DNA of 63,883 nt, filler included, from Octopus bimaculoides (Eukaryota): NCBI RefSeq assembly GCF_001194135.2. It is 8 parts of 7 records of this genome, joined end to end, with 100 filler letters (N's around TTAATTAATTAA, not from the genome) between each part and the next. Parts side by side here need not be neighbours in the genome. Positions count along the whole stretch, not along the records: positions 14,769 to 41,473 come from NC_068985.1; positions 41,574 to 49,009 come from NC_068984.1; positions 49,110 to 56,452 come from NC_068988.1; 5 more parts are not named here. One strand, 5' to 3'. The notes beneath the pieces were generated by a model, which saw only the letters and a list, made by a program, of their open reading frames with translations, did no database searches and was not told where the DNA came from. The translations under genes were made by a program, and so were the position numbers. How positions within the stretch are numbered: the first letter of the stretch is position 1; each line of letters opens with the position of its first letter. Below are positions 39,031 to 51,075 of this stretch, piece after piece.

Positions 39031-39654
39031 ATATATATATATATATTCTGTATTGTTGCTAATTCTCACTTCTCAATAGATTTACGTCTGTGTGGGTAGC
39101 ATTAGCAAATATTTGCCTGGGTTTTGTATTCATATGATTTCACAATCGATTCGCTGAGCAACGATTTGTATATTACACCATTTCTTGTATCTAAAATACG
39201 TAACAAAAACGTGTCATCCTTTGTATGGTATAATCCTCTATTAAAGAAATGTTATTCTTCATTTGATAAATACATATAACGCAATAAATACACCAAGACA
39301 AGGAACATATCAATATATTATTTAGAATAGAAATAAGAAATACATGAAGTAAAAAATATGCGTGAAAATGATAAATAAATAAAGAGTGATACATCGATTA
39401 AAAATGAAGTTGAATTTAAGATTAAAAATGTTGACGTGAGAAATATAAATTATAAGATACATCCATGGCAGTGAGAAATCTTAATGACAGATTCGAAATT
39501 CAGAGAAATAATAAGGAAAAATTTGTTTTAAGAGTTCTAAAGAAATGTTTATAGAGGGTTATAGCACCATATAAGATGTATTTTGACGGCCGTTTCTGGA
39601 GTCCATTTGTCTACAAAACATGAATACTGGAAGCGGTGCAAAAGCAATAAAATA

Positions 39655-39860
39655 ATAAGAATAATCCTTTCTATTATAGGCACCAGGCCTGAAGTTTTCT
39701 GAGAGGGGACTAGTCGATTACATCAACCCCAGAATTTCACTGGTACTTAATTTATCGACCCCGAAATGCTGAAAAGCAAAGTCGACCTCGGTGGAATTTG
39801 AACTCAGAACGTGAAAACGGACGAAGTACCGTGAAGCATTCTGCTCGGCGGGCACGCTCG
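39655..39860 (-). mobile_element. SINE family A with ATT tail
   Basis: AATAATCCTTTCTATTATAGGCACCAGGCC..ATTTGAACTCAGAACG. Confidence 0.85.
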
Positions 39861-39957
39861 CGCGTGCACACGCATGGTCGCCCGCGCACACATACACACA
39901 TACACACACACACATCCATTTATGACATCTCTCTTTCTCTGTCTGTCTGTCTGTCTG

Positions 39958-40006
<49 letters not shown>

Positions 40007-40017
40007 GTATATTTGTT

Positions 40018-41055
40018 TATTCATTTTATCAGTTTAAGCTCAAAGCTGTGGCCATGCTGGTGCACCATTGTTTTGCTACACTGTTATTATTGAGAACCTC
40101 CTCTGGTATGTGGCATTTGGTGAATAAGGGAGTTTGACGTCGCTACTCCTATTTGCGTCTCCTGTCTCGAGGTAGGTTCATCTGAGACTCTCGACAGGAA
40201 GAGATCCAGTTTTGATTTGAAAACACTTCCATCCATTTTGTGTAGGTTCTTCGGGATCTTTGGGAGAATATTGAAAACTGTGGACCCCTGAAACCCAGGC
40301 TGTTGCAGCAACTGGTCCTGAAGCGCGATGGCATTGCTGGGATTTTTGGCACTGTGCAGTGTCGACCCATTCTAGCATTTGTGTAGCTTTCAATGCCAAA
40401 ATTTGGCATAATACCTTCCAGGATCTTCCATATGTATATTACTGATATCTCTCCTGCCTTCGCTCCAAGGAGTAGAGTGTCAGCTGTTTCAGCCTTTCTC
40501 AATAGTTGAGCTGTTGCAATGAGACCATCTTCTTTGTGAAGCTTCGTTGGATTGCTTTAAGGTCTGCTGTTAATTGTACACTGTGAGATGACCATAGCTG
40601 AGAGCAGTAATCCAGACAGCTAAGGACGAATGTCCTCCAGCGGACCATCATGGTTTCTTTCTCTCTGGTTCTGACCGTTCTCAGGATCCAGCCAGCCATC
40701 CATCTGCACTTTATCGCCATCTTGGTCATGTGCACTTCGAAAGAGGTATCATCACCCATGTCGATACCGAGGTCCCGTACTGATTGAGGTTCTGGGATTT
40801 TAATCCCTAGTGGGCCAGTGTACCTTGTAAGTTTTGCTCTCAGTTGTGGGCGCTAGTAGCGCGGAGGTTGGAATTTTCCAGTATTAAACTGCATATTATT
40901 GTCTTCAGCCCATCTATAAATTGAGTCCAACACCTGCTGCAGGTCTGCAACATCGCTGGGCTTTTGTATTTTCTGCGAGACTTTCTTATCGTCTTCGTAG
41001 CTTGCAAGGGTGGCTATCCGGGCAGCATGGATGACATGACGTAAGTAGTGTTGTG
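40018..41055 (-). mobile_element. CR1/L2-group LINE, 3' ~1 kb (RT C-terminus and 3' UTR), pseudogenised
   Basis: SYEDDKK (decayed FADDTK), LQQVLDSIYRWAEDNNMQFN, LDYCSQLWS, KAIQRSFTK, IYIWKIL, FKSKLDLFL. Stop codon at 40087. Confidence 0.88.
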
Positions 41056-41129
41056 AAAGCAAGAGTAACGATGTCGTAGCGACATAGGCAAAGTGTTAAT
41101 GTCCCAAGAGCTGAAAAGCAAGAAACTAC

Positions 41130-41144
41130 CTAATAATAATAATA

Positions 41145-41200
<56 letters not shown>
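41130..41200. repeat. (TAA)n microsatellite
   Basis: Directly visible; it abuts the R4/Dong RT fragment. Confidence 0.97.
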
Positions 41201-41204
<4 letters not shown>

Positions 41205-41473
41205 TATTTGATAAAAATATAAATCATCTCATTTACATGGACGATTTAAAGCTCTTTGCAAAAAATGACCAACAACTCAAAGGCCTACTAGCGATTGTTA
41301 AACAATTCAGTGATGACATCAGGATGCAATTTGGCCTTGATAAATGTGCAAAAGCTACCTTTATCAAAGGAAAAATGACAAATACATCTAATGTGAACCT
41401 TGACCAGCAAAATGTCATAAAAGAGTTAGAACCAGTGGAGAGCTACAAATACCTAGGGGTAATTGAAGGGGAC
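41201..41473 (+). mobile_element. R4/Dong-clade RT fragment with intact YMDD motif
   Basis: INHLIYMDDLKLFAKNDQQLKGLLAIVKQFSDDIRMQFGLDKCAK..YKYLGVIEGD, open up to the gap. Confidence 0.9.
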
Positions 41474-41573
41474 NNNNNNNNNNNNNNNNNNNNNNNNNNN
41501 NNNNNNNNNNNNNNNNNTTAATTAATTAANNNNNNNNNNNNNNNNNNNNNNNNNNNNNNNNNNNNNNNNNNNN

Positions 41574-41622
<49 letters not shown>

Positions 41623-41639
41623 GTATATATGTATATATT

Positions 41640-41840
41640 TGTGCATTTGTGTCTGTGTTTGTCCCTCCACCCTTGCTTGACAACCGATCTTGGTGTGTTT
41701 ATGTCCCCGTAATTTAGCGGTTCAGCAAAAGAAACCGATAGAGTAACAGGCTTACAAACAATAAGTCCAGGGCAATTTCTTCAAGTAAACGATGGTGGCC
41801 ACAGTCAAATTGACTGAAACAAGCAAAAGAATAAAAGAAT
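41640..41840 (+). mobile_element. SINE family B, 3' half
   Basis: TTGCTTGACAACCGAT..GCGGTTCAGCAAAAG..GACTGAAACAAGCAAAAG. Confidence 0.8.
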
Positions 41841-42254
41841 ACAATGTGTGTGCGTGTGTGTGTGTGTGTGTGGATAGGATATAAATGAAATGTCGATTTT
41901 ACCCTGAAGATTTTTACCTTTTAGATTCATAATGCAATTTTAATCGTAAAATATGAATGGAAGTGAGAAATTGAAATGTGTGTTGGTGACATGAAATTGA
42001 CTATTATATAAATGAATTAATTTTTTTCTGTGTTCACATGCTCCATTTCCTTTATATAATATAATATTATATATTATATTATATTATATTAAATTATTGC
42101 AGCAAGGAAGGTGTTTATAAGCCATTTAAGAACGCTGCAATTGTTTTCGTTCCAGCACACGATCTCAGATCAGGTCACTTGCTATGCAAGTACATCTCTG
42201 TAATATTATATTATATTATATATACATATATATACATATATATATTATATATAC

Positions 42255-42286
<32 letters not shown>

Positions 42287-42319
42287 GTGTGTGTGTGTGT
42301 AATATATGGTACAATTTTT

Positions 42320-42479
42320 TTTTTCTCTGTGTTTTTCTCCTTGTCTCCGTATTCTTTCTGTTGAAGAGCGTAGCTCGAAACGTTAAAGACTTTCCGTATT
42401 CCCGAGCGTCATACTAATACATCCTTTTGTTGTTTACACCACCTGTCCTCGTCTGTTGTTTTTTTTCGTACATTCTCCC
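42320..42479 (+). mobile_element. Family E: small element with hammerhead-like motif, ending TTCTCCC-(TA)n
   Basis: TCTTT-CTGTTGA-A-GAGC/GTA/GCTC-GAAA-CG-TT-AAAGA at 42353-42389. The shared 3' region is also present at 43050-43135 and 59982-60070. Confidence 0.75.
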
Positions 42480-42524
42480 ATATATATATATATATATATA
42501 TATGCAGTCAATTCAAATACCCGA

Positions 42525-42655
42525 ATAATAAAATCAACAGACCGCAGGAGGACGTGCACAAAGAATGTATTAGTAATAAGAAAGTGTTTGACGTTTTGAG
42601 CATAGCTCTTCATCAGAAAGGGGAAAAGGATGGATCCAAAGAAGGAAAAGAAATT
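42525..42655 (-). mobile_element. Family E variant with hammerhead-like motif
   Basis: Minus strand CTTT-CTGATGA-A-GAGC/TAT/GCTC-AAAA-CG-TC-AAA (42586-42620), followed by ACTAATACAT..GTCTGTTG. Confidence 0.7.
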
Positions 42656-42715
42656 GCCAGCAGCATGTGTGTAGTTATATTGCTGCAGTATACATACATA
42701 CATACATACATACAT

Positions 42716-42955
42716 ATCATCATCATCATCATCATCGTTTGACGTCCGCTTTCCATGCTAGCATAGGTTGGACGATTTGACTGAGGACTGGCAAGCCAGC
42801 AGGCTGCACCAGGCTCCAATCTGATCTGGCAGAGTGTCTACAGCTGGATGCCCTTCTTAATGCCAAGCACTCCAAGAGTGTAGTGGGTGCTTTTACGTGC
42901 CACCGGTACGAGGGTCAGTCACACGGTACTGGCAATGGCCACGCTCAAAAAGGTG
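42716..42955 (-). mobile_element. SINE family D ((GAT)n tail)
   Basis: Reverse complement of the 47655-47875 element (TTAGGAAGGGCATCCAGCTGTAG...GACGTYAAACGATGATG). Confidence 0.85.
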
Positions 42956-42984
42956 TTTTTTACGTGATATGTATGTATGTATGT

Positions 42985-43135
42985 ATTTTCTCTCCTTGTT
43001 TATTTCTGTGTTCCTTTCTGTGGAAGAGCGAAGGCTCGAAACTTTAAAGACTTCTTCGCTTGCCGAGTGTTAAACTAATACATCTGTTTGCTGGCGACAC
43101 CATTTGTCTTCGTCTTTTGTTTTTTTGTGAATTCT
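42985..43135 (+). mobile_element. Family E copy with hammerhead-like motif
   Basis: CCTTT-CTGTGGA-A-GAGC/GAAG/GCTC-GAAA-CT-TT-AAAGA; ends AATTCTCCC-TA. Confidence 0.75.
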
Positions 43136-43139
43136 CCCT

Positions 43140-43176
<37 letters not shown>

Positions 43177-43679
43177 CATATATATATATATACATACAGA
43201 CACACACATCACTTTTGTCTTTGGTTTGCAAGATTTTTTATGTGAATTCATATGTTAGAACAGATTTTGTTGTCTTGGGATGGTCTTTACACTAATAACA
43301 ATAAATGCTTAGGTTCAATTTCACTTCTTTGTTGTCAGTCAATTGACTAAATATGTAACCAAATAACTAAGTCAATTGGTTAAATATGTAACTAAATAAC
43401 TACTCAATTGTTTGCTAAATGTGATGGTTGAACGATCAGTTGGCTGCTTGTTAGTCAAAGTTAGTCTTTTGTCATTGTTTGCAACCTTTTCAGCGACTAA
43501 GTGACTTTTCCTCTCTCTCCAGAGACTGCAAGGTTCCCTCTGAGTCTGTGTGAGAACTGGTCTTATGCCTGTGTACATACATGCTTGTATGTGTGTATGT
43601 GTGTAGATCTGTGTCTGCTTAGAAGAAGAGTGAGAGCAAATGAAGAGTTTTGTGTGTGTGTGTGTGTGTTTGTACATGT

Positions 43680-44032
43680 TACTCTTTTACTCTTTTACTT
43701 GTTTCAGTCATTTGACTGCGGCCATGCTGGAGCACCACCTTTAGTCGAGCAAATTGACCCCAAGACTTATTCTTTATAAGCCTAGTATTTATTGTATCGG
43801 TCTCTTTTTGCCGAACCACTAAGTTACGGGTACGTAAACACACCGGCATCAGTTGTNNNNNNNNNNTATATATATGATGGTCTTCTTTCAGTTTCCGTCT
43901 ACCAAATCCACTCGCAAGACTTTGGTCGGCCCGGCGCTTTGGTAGAAGACACTTGCCCAAGGTGCCACGCAGTGGGACTGAACCCGGAACCATGTGGTTT
44001 GTAAGCAAGCTACTTACCACACAGCCACTCCT
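43680..44032 (-). mobile_element. SINE family B, full length (small gap inside)
   Basis: Runs from the tail CTCTTTTACTTGTTTCAGTCATTTGACTGCGG to the head ACCACACAGCCACTCCTAC. Confidence 0.92.
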
Positions 44033-44959
44033 ACATGCATGTGTGTAATTTGTGTGTGCACCTGTGTGACTCCTTGTATGTATGTTTGTGGGGGTTGGGG
44101 GGGTACTAGCCTTCCATGACCTCTTTAAGGGTTCGGCCTTTTGTTCTGGGTCAGTTCAACTTCAATTCTACTGAAAACTTATAGGTGTAGAGTGTATTTC
44201 TTTATGTGGGGAGGTAAGGGAAAACAGGGTATGTGTGTGTGTGTGGCAATGTGCAATTGGTTTCTTATCTAAGTGCATTCCAACATGTTTGCATGCATAT
44301 CTATTTGTGCATGTAGTGTGGTGGTGTTTTTTTAATAGGTAAAACATCTGTGTGCATGCTTGCATGTGTACATTCTTGTGCATATGTATGTGTTCCTGTA
44401 TGTGTGTATGTGTTCCTGTATGTCTGTATCTTTGTACATGTGTACGCATGGTGCTTGTGTATGTATGGGTGTGTGTGTGTGGTGTTGTGTGTTCTTGTGT
44501 TCCTGTGTGTGTGAATTTATGTGTGTATGTGCTTGCATGTCCATCTGTATGTGTGCATGGATGCTTATGGTTGTTTGTGATTATGCATAGGAACTGTTCA
44601 TACATAAATGTTTTTAATATCCTTCTGCCATTTACCGGTCTTCTCAATATCTAGGTATGGATATACATAAGATAGGGAAATTGTTTATAAGATCTAATCA
44701 TAGCTATATGTATTTATTTGTGTGGCTTCCATGATATCCTTATGTCATTTTCCCGACCTTATCTATATTTAGGTATAGATTATTAAAAAATATAAATAAA
44801 AACTTATAAAAACTGGTACAGAAGTACACAGGATAAGACAAACTTATCCTGTGTAGAAATAAAATGAAAGTGTTTAAAATAGAATTAAGTGAAGTAAGAA
44901 TTAAAAATTCAACTAAAAAATTCGATTTTCTTAAATTTCACAACATCTTTGTCTTCAAT

Positions 44960-45385
44960 ATGGTTGTCACTATCATCATCATCAACATCATCATTAGCAG
45001 TAGCAGTAGTAGCAGCAGTAGTAGCAGCAGCAGTGGCGGTGGCAGTTGTAATAGTATTATCATCAGCAGGCCTCTCATCACTATATCATCATTTACAACA
45101 TCCCTACCACCACCACCACCACCACTACCACAGTCACCACTGCTACCACTAGCACCTCTACCACCACCATCATCACTGTCACTGATGCCACTGCCACTAC
45201 TGCTGGCTCCACCACCAGTGACACTGTCACCAACACCACCACCTCCACTGGTCACCACTACTACCGCCGCCGCCAGTCACCACCACCACCACCACCACCA
45301 CCACCACCAGCATCACTGCCACTGTCACTACCACATTCACTACTGCTACCAGTTCTATCACAATCACACCACCACCATGATTATA
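44960..45385. repeat. Degenerate mixed trinucleotide low-complexity tract (CAT/AGC/CAC)
   Basis: Directly visible; source of the poly-Ser/Pro/His ORF 44864-45406. Confidence 0.85.
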
Positions 45386-45490
45386 ATTATTATGAAAGTT
45401 TTGTAATCTTTTTTCTCCTGCTACATCACATGATAAATTTTTAAAGATTGACTTTAATGAAGACTAGAGAGACAGAAAGAAGTAAAGGAT

Positions 45491-45532
<42 letters not shown>

Positions 45533-46361
45533 CATGCCAACAGACAGTGAATTCAATTGGCATCTATAAATCTCAAATATATCCAAGAACACGCATACAA
45601 ACAAATATTTTAATCTTCAGGTTTTCTACTGGTTTCAGCCATTTCAGTGTGGACATGTTAGTGCAATGTCATGAAATGGATTTTTGGCAATTCCATTGAC
45701 CACTGCATTAAGTCAGGTACTTAATATAGACAAATCTATTTATTGGATGGCTAAGTCCTTCTTAGGCATAAAGGGATACACCAATTTACCTCAATCCCCC
45801 TCATGCACACACACACACATACACTCACAAGCATTGCTGTACTAGTGTAGGCTTGGCTGTGTGGTTAAGATTGTCTCCCAGTCATATGGTTTTTGGTTCA
45901 GTCCACTACTTGGACAATGCCTATATCCATATATAAATGCGTATGTGTGTGTGAAAAAGTGAAACAATAACATCTCTATTACAATGTTCGATAATACTTT
46001 CAGTTTTAATAGTTTCACTATTAATACTGAAACTATTATATCACTTACATATATACATGCATACATACATACATACATATATATATACATACATATATAT
46101 ATATATGTATGTATGTATGTATGTATATGCATGTATATATGTGTATGTACATCTGCACATATATATGTATATATCTAAATATAGATTTATATGTATACAT
46201 GTATATGTATAGATGTATATATAGAGATTTATATGTATATATATGTATAAATGTATGTATATTTATATATATTTAGATGTGTATAAATGTATATGTATAG
46301 ATGATTATATATAGATTTATATGTATATATATGCATATATGTATGTATATATATGTATATG

Positions 46362-46392
<31 letters not shown>

Positions 46393-47174
46393 NNNNNNNN
46401 NNNNNNNNNNNNNNNNNNNNNNNNNNNNNNNNNNNNNNNNNNNNNNNNNNNNNNNNNNNNNNNNNNNNNNNNNNNNNNNNNNNNNNNNNNNNNNNNNNNN
46501 NNNNNNNNNNNNNNNNNNNNNNNNNNNNNNNNNNNNNNNNNNNNNNNNNNNNNNNNNNNNNNNNNNNNNNNNNNNNNNNNNNNNNNNNNNNNNNNNNNNN
46601 NNNNNNNNNNNNNNNNNNNNNNNNNNNNNNNNNNNNNNNNNNNNNNNNNNNNNNNNNNNNNNNNNNNNNNNNNNNNNNNNNNNNNNNNNNNNNNNNNNNN
46701 NNNNNNNNNNNNNNNNNNNNNNNNNNNNNNNNNNNNNNNNNNNNNNNNNNNNNNNNNNNNNNNNNNNNNNNNNNNNNNNNNNNNNNNNNNNNNNNNNNNN
46801 NNNNNNNNNNNNNNNNNNNNNNNNNNNNNNNNNNNNNNNNNNNNNNNNNNNNNNNNNNNNNNNNNNNNNNNNNNNNNNNNNNNNNNNNNNNNNNNNNNNN
46901 NNNNNNNNNNNNNNNNNNNNNNNNNNNNNNNNNNNNNNNNNNNNNNNNNNNNNNNNNNNNNNNNNNNNNNNNNNNNNNNNNNNNNNNNNNNNNNNNNNNN
47001 NNNNNNNNNNNNNNNNNNNNNNNNNNNNNNNNNNNNNNNNNNNNNNNNNNNNNNNNNNNNNNNNNNNNNNNNNNNNNNNNNNNNNNNNNNNNNNNNNNNN
47101 NNNNNNNNNNNNNNNNNNNNNNNNNNNNNNNNNATATATATATATATATATATATATATACTGTATATAAGTGC

Positions 47175-47450
47175 AGACATAGCTGTGCTGTAAGAAGTTT
47201 ACTTCTCAGGTTCAGTCCAACTGTGTTGCACCTTGGACAAATGTTCTCTACTATAGACCCAGGTGGACCAAAGCTTTGTGAGTGGATTTTGCAGACAGAA
47301 ACTGAAAGAAGTGTATTTATGTGTGCATGACTTTATGCTTATGCTTATCACCCACAAATACTTGACTACTGGTGTTGGTTTGTTTATGTTCCTGTAATAT
47401 AGTGGTTCAGCAAAAAGAGATTGATGAAATAAGTTGCAGGTTAGCAGACA
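47175..47450 (+). mobile_element. SINE family B (decayed)
   Basis: GCACCTTGGACAAATGTTCTCTAC..GTGAGTGGATTT..AAACTGAAAGAAG. Confidence 0.75.
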
Positions 47451-47654
47451 GATGGATGGTCACTATAACGTAAAAAAATGGACAGGCAGTTGTTAAAGGC
47501 ATCAAAGCATTTATGAAATATTCAATTTTTTATTTCATTGTATTTTAATTAGTTTCACTGGTACATTCCACCTTTCTTCATTTCAAGTTGGATTTTAGAT
47601 ATTCATCCTGGTCTAACCTGAGCATTAGTTGCCTGTATCTACAATACACATCCC

Positions 47655-47875
47655 TAGTACCACCTGACTGGCCCTCGTGCGGGTGACACGTAAAAGCACC
47701 CACTACACTCTCTGAGTAGTTGACGTTAGGAAGGGCATCCAGCTGTAGAAACTCTGCCAAATCAGATTGGAGCCTGGTGTAGCCATCTGGTTTCACCAGT
47801 CCTCAGTCAAATCGTCCAACCCATGCTAGCATGGAAAGTGGACGTTAAACGACAATGATGATGATGATGATGATC
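47655..47875 (+). mobile_element. SINE family D ((GAT)n tail)
   Basis: GACACGTAAAAGCACCCACTACACTC..AGGAAGGGCATCCAGCTG..CATGCTAGCATGGAAAGTGGACGTTAAACG-(ATG)n. Confidence 0.85.
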
Positions 47876-48364
47876 TCTGACTCATGCAAGCTTGGAAATG
47901 TAGACATTAAATGATGATGCTGATAANNNNNNNNNNNNNNNNNNNNNNNNNNNNNNNNNNNNNNNNNNNNNNNNNNNNNNNNNNNNNNNNNNNNNNNNNN
48001 NNNNNNNNNNNNNNNNNNNNNNNNNNNNNNNNNNNNNNNNNNNNNNNNNNNNNNNNNNNNNNNNNNNNNNNNNNNNNNNNNNNNNNNNNNNNNNNNNNNN
48101 NNNNNNNNNNNNNNNNNNNNNNNNNNNNNNNNNNNNNNNNNNNNNNNNNNNNNNNNNNNNNNNNNNNNNNNNNNNNNNNNNNNNNNNNNNNNNNNNNNNN
48201 NNNNNNNNNNNNNNNNNNNNNNNNNNNNNNNNNNNNGGTGGTGGCGGTGGTGGTGGTGATGATGATGGTGGTGGTGGTGGTGATGATGATGATGATGATG
48301 ATGTTATATTTATAGATACATACAAACAAGTGTAGTTTGTCTTTGCATAGAGGCTGTTCTCTGC

Positions 48365-48607
48365 ATCCCTCTCTAGCCGAGCATTCCTAACCTTATGGGC
48401 TCGTAGGTGCTGGTGCCACATAAATGCGCCTATGCCAATAGAGCACAAAAACACCCAGTACACTCTGTAAAGTGGTTGGCATTCGGAAGGGCATCCAGCC
48501 ACAGAAAACATTCCAAATGAAGACATGGATGTAGCCTGGACAGTTTTACAGCTGACCAACTCCTGTCAAACCATCCAACCCATGCCACTATGGAAAACAG
48601 ATGTTAA

Positions 48608-48670
<63 letters not shown>
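48365..48670 (+). mobile_element. SINE family D variant with long (GAT)n tail
   Basis: GTGGTTGGCATTCGGAAGGGCATCCAGCC..CCATCCAACCCATGCC..GATGTTAAATGATGATG. Confidence 0.8.
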
Positions 48671-48672
<2 letters not shown>

Positions 48673-49164
48673 GTGTGTGTATGTGTACATGTGTGTGTAT
48701 TTTTGTGTGCATGTGCTTTAAGAAAGAGAAAGAGGGAGAGAGAGAAGGAGAGAAAGTTAAAAACTGGTGAAATTCTTAAAAGCTGAGATGTCTCAATTCT
48801 CAGTTCAGCTTCAATGTTTACTAATGATCTAATCTGCTTATATGTGAGTTTACTTATCTATCAATTTGTAACCACCCCCCACACAAACGCAAAATATATA
48901 TATATATGTATACATGTGTGTGTGTGTGTGTATGCTTGTGCATGTGTGAGTGTGTTTGTGTGTGTGCATATAAATATATATGTGTATGTATATATAAATA
49001 TATATATATNNNNNNNNNNNNNNNNNNNNNNNNNNNNNNNNNNNNNNNNNNNNTTAATTAATTAANNNNNNNNNNNNNNNNNNNNNNNNNNNNNNNNNNN
49101 NNNNNNNNNTATCTATACACATATATATACATGTATATACACACATATATTCATAAATACAAAT

Positions 49165-49464
49165 GGAACACTTCGTGGGTTACGACGACGAGGGTCCCAG
49201 CTGATACGATCAACGGAACAGCCTACTCGTGAAGTTAGCAGACACGTGTACCTTTCTCGTAGCTCTCAGGGAGATTCAGCGTGACACAGAGTGTGACAAG
49301 GCTGGTCCTTTGAAATACAGGTACTACTCATTTTTGCCAGCTGAGTGGACTAGAGCAACGTGAAATAAAGTGTTTTGCTCAAGGAAACAACGCGTCTCAG
49401 GGAATTGAACTCACGACTTAACGATTGTGAGCCGAATGCCCTAACCACTAAGCCACGTGCCTTC
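49165..49464 (-). mobile_element. tRNA-derived SINE, family C
   Basis: Minus strand GAAGGCACGTGGCTTAGTGGTTAGGG (A box), GAGTTCAATTCC (B box), CCTTGAGCAAAACACT, CCACTCAGCTGGCAAAAATGAGTAG. Confidence 0.85.
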
Positions 49465-50239
49465 ATATATATGTATATACATATACATACATATATAACA
49501 CACATATGTATGCATGTATGTCTGTATGTATGTATGTATGTATGTATGCATGCATGCATGTATGTATGTATGTATGTATGTATGTATGTATGCATGTATG
49601 TACAAGAATTTGTTGCATAGATCGGATGAAAAATAGTACAGAGTATTTTGTCTGAATTGCCGAATATCAAAGATGAAAATTGGTGTGATATCTTAATGGA
49701 AATATGATTCAGGTAATGGTCAAAGATAGACGGTAAGTGAGCGGAGTCTACCATACGGAGTTATCAAGTGTGAGCTGTAGATACGGATAAAATACCAAGT
49801 GAGACCAAAAATATGTATAAAGCAAATATATATATATTCACTGAGATGGCTTTGGGCAGCTCGGAACTATAGTAGAGAACACTCGAGTAAGGTACCACGC
49901 ATTAGGACTGATTTCAGGCCCATGTAGTTGAGAAGCAGTCTTCTTACCACAACATTACACAAGTGCCTATATGCGTGCGTGTGTGTGTTCGTGCGAGTGC
50001 GCACACGCTCCTCTGTGTGTGTTTATATATACATATCTGTACAACCACATATATATGGGTAGAAAGAGTAACGTGGGCGCGAGATACACAAATAACGTAT
50101 TTAGCGTGAGAGACTATTTATCGAAAATACGATGAATACTGAGCAGTATGTATTTACTCCCAAATGCATGCATCGCACATTTAAGTTAGTTTGAGATCTG
50201 ACCCGCTGTATTTACATCTATTTGTCTACAGCGGGGAAT

Positions 50240-51075
50240 TTTTGCCATGACAAAATGCAGAGGACTGTTTCCTTACGGGATCGAATATGCCTCAAGTATA
50301 TTTGAACTATTAATAAGTTTGTATTTATACACTTCACTGCCCAGTTATGTGGCTCCATATATGTGCTTTCGGTACTCTATAATCCCATCAATCATTCCAC
50401 TCCGTCGAATTATCACATGTCAAATGTGCTCTTGTAAAGTTTTTCGTAGCATGGATCTTTCCATGATCCTTTGCCTTTATCTAGGTCTCACTTGCATATA
50501 AGAGCAGAGGTAGGACAATGGTACTGAAGAGTCTGTCGCGTAAGGCATGGTCTGGTTTTCTGTGGAGCCCAACCATTATTGAATGAAATACCTTCCATCT
50601 AGTCCTTCTTCTCTTTGAGACTTCAGCACCCATACCTCGGCGCATATTCTTTTTGTGTTCTATGTAGACTTACTCTTCCTTCTTTTATTTTATTGCTTCC
50701 CATCTATATTCGACCTTGTGCTACGTCTTTCGGTCGCTTATATTTTGCTTTCATGCAGCTCGTTTTAAAACCTACTGCTTGTCTCTGAGTGTCCCACCCT
50801 GCTAGCATGGTCTGTACATTGTATGTGGTTTCAGCGATGGTAGCTGCTCACCATTGATGTTCACGCCACCAATCCAATCAATGTTCTTGATGATCATTTC
50901 TAGACATATCATAAAGAAATTTCGAGTGACAGTATTTCCTTGCTTGACACCGTTCTCAACCTCACTGGTTGTGCGAAGTAGAGCTATATCCTTTGAACAT
51001 CCACAGTTGGCATCTCTGAGAAGTTTGATGTATTGCGCTCCGAAACCCTGTATCATCTATAGAGATTGCAACACT
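50240..51075 (-). mobile_element. RTE-clade LINE RT fragment, heavily decayed
   Basis: YIKLLRD..ENGVKQGNTVT..LEMIIKNIDWIGGVNINGEQL resembles RTE RT domains 4-5. Downstream sequence is degenerate. Confidence 0.7.

Noticed and set aside
44864-45406. 180-aa Ser/Pro/His-rich ORF resembling a transcription-factor low-complexity region
   Set aside because: It consists entirely of degenerate trinucleotide repeats with open frames on both strands, and has no globular domain or supported splice sites.
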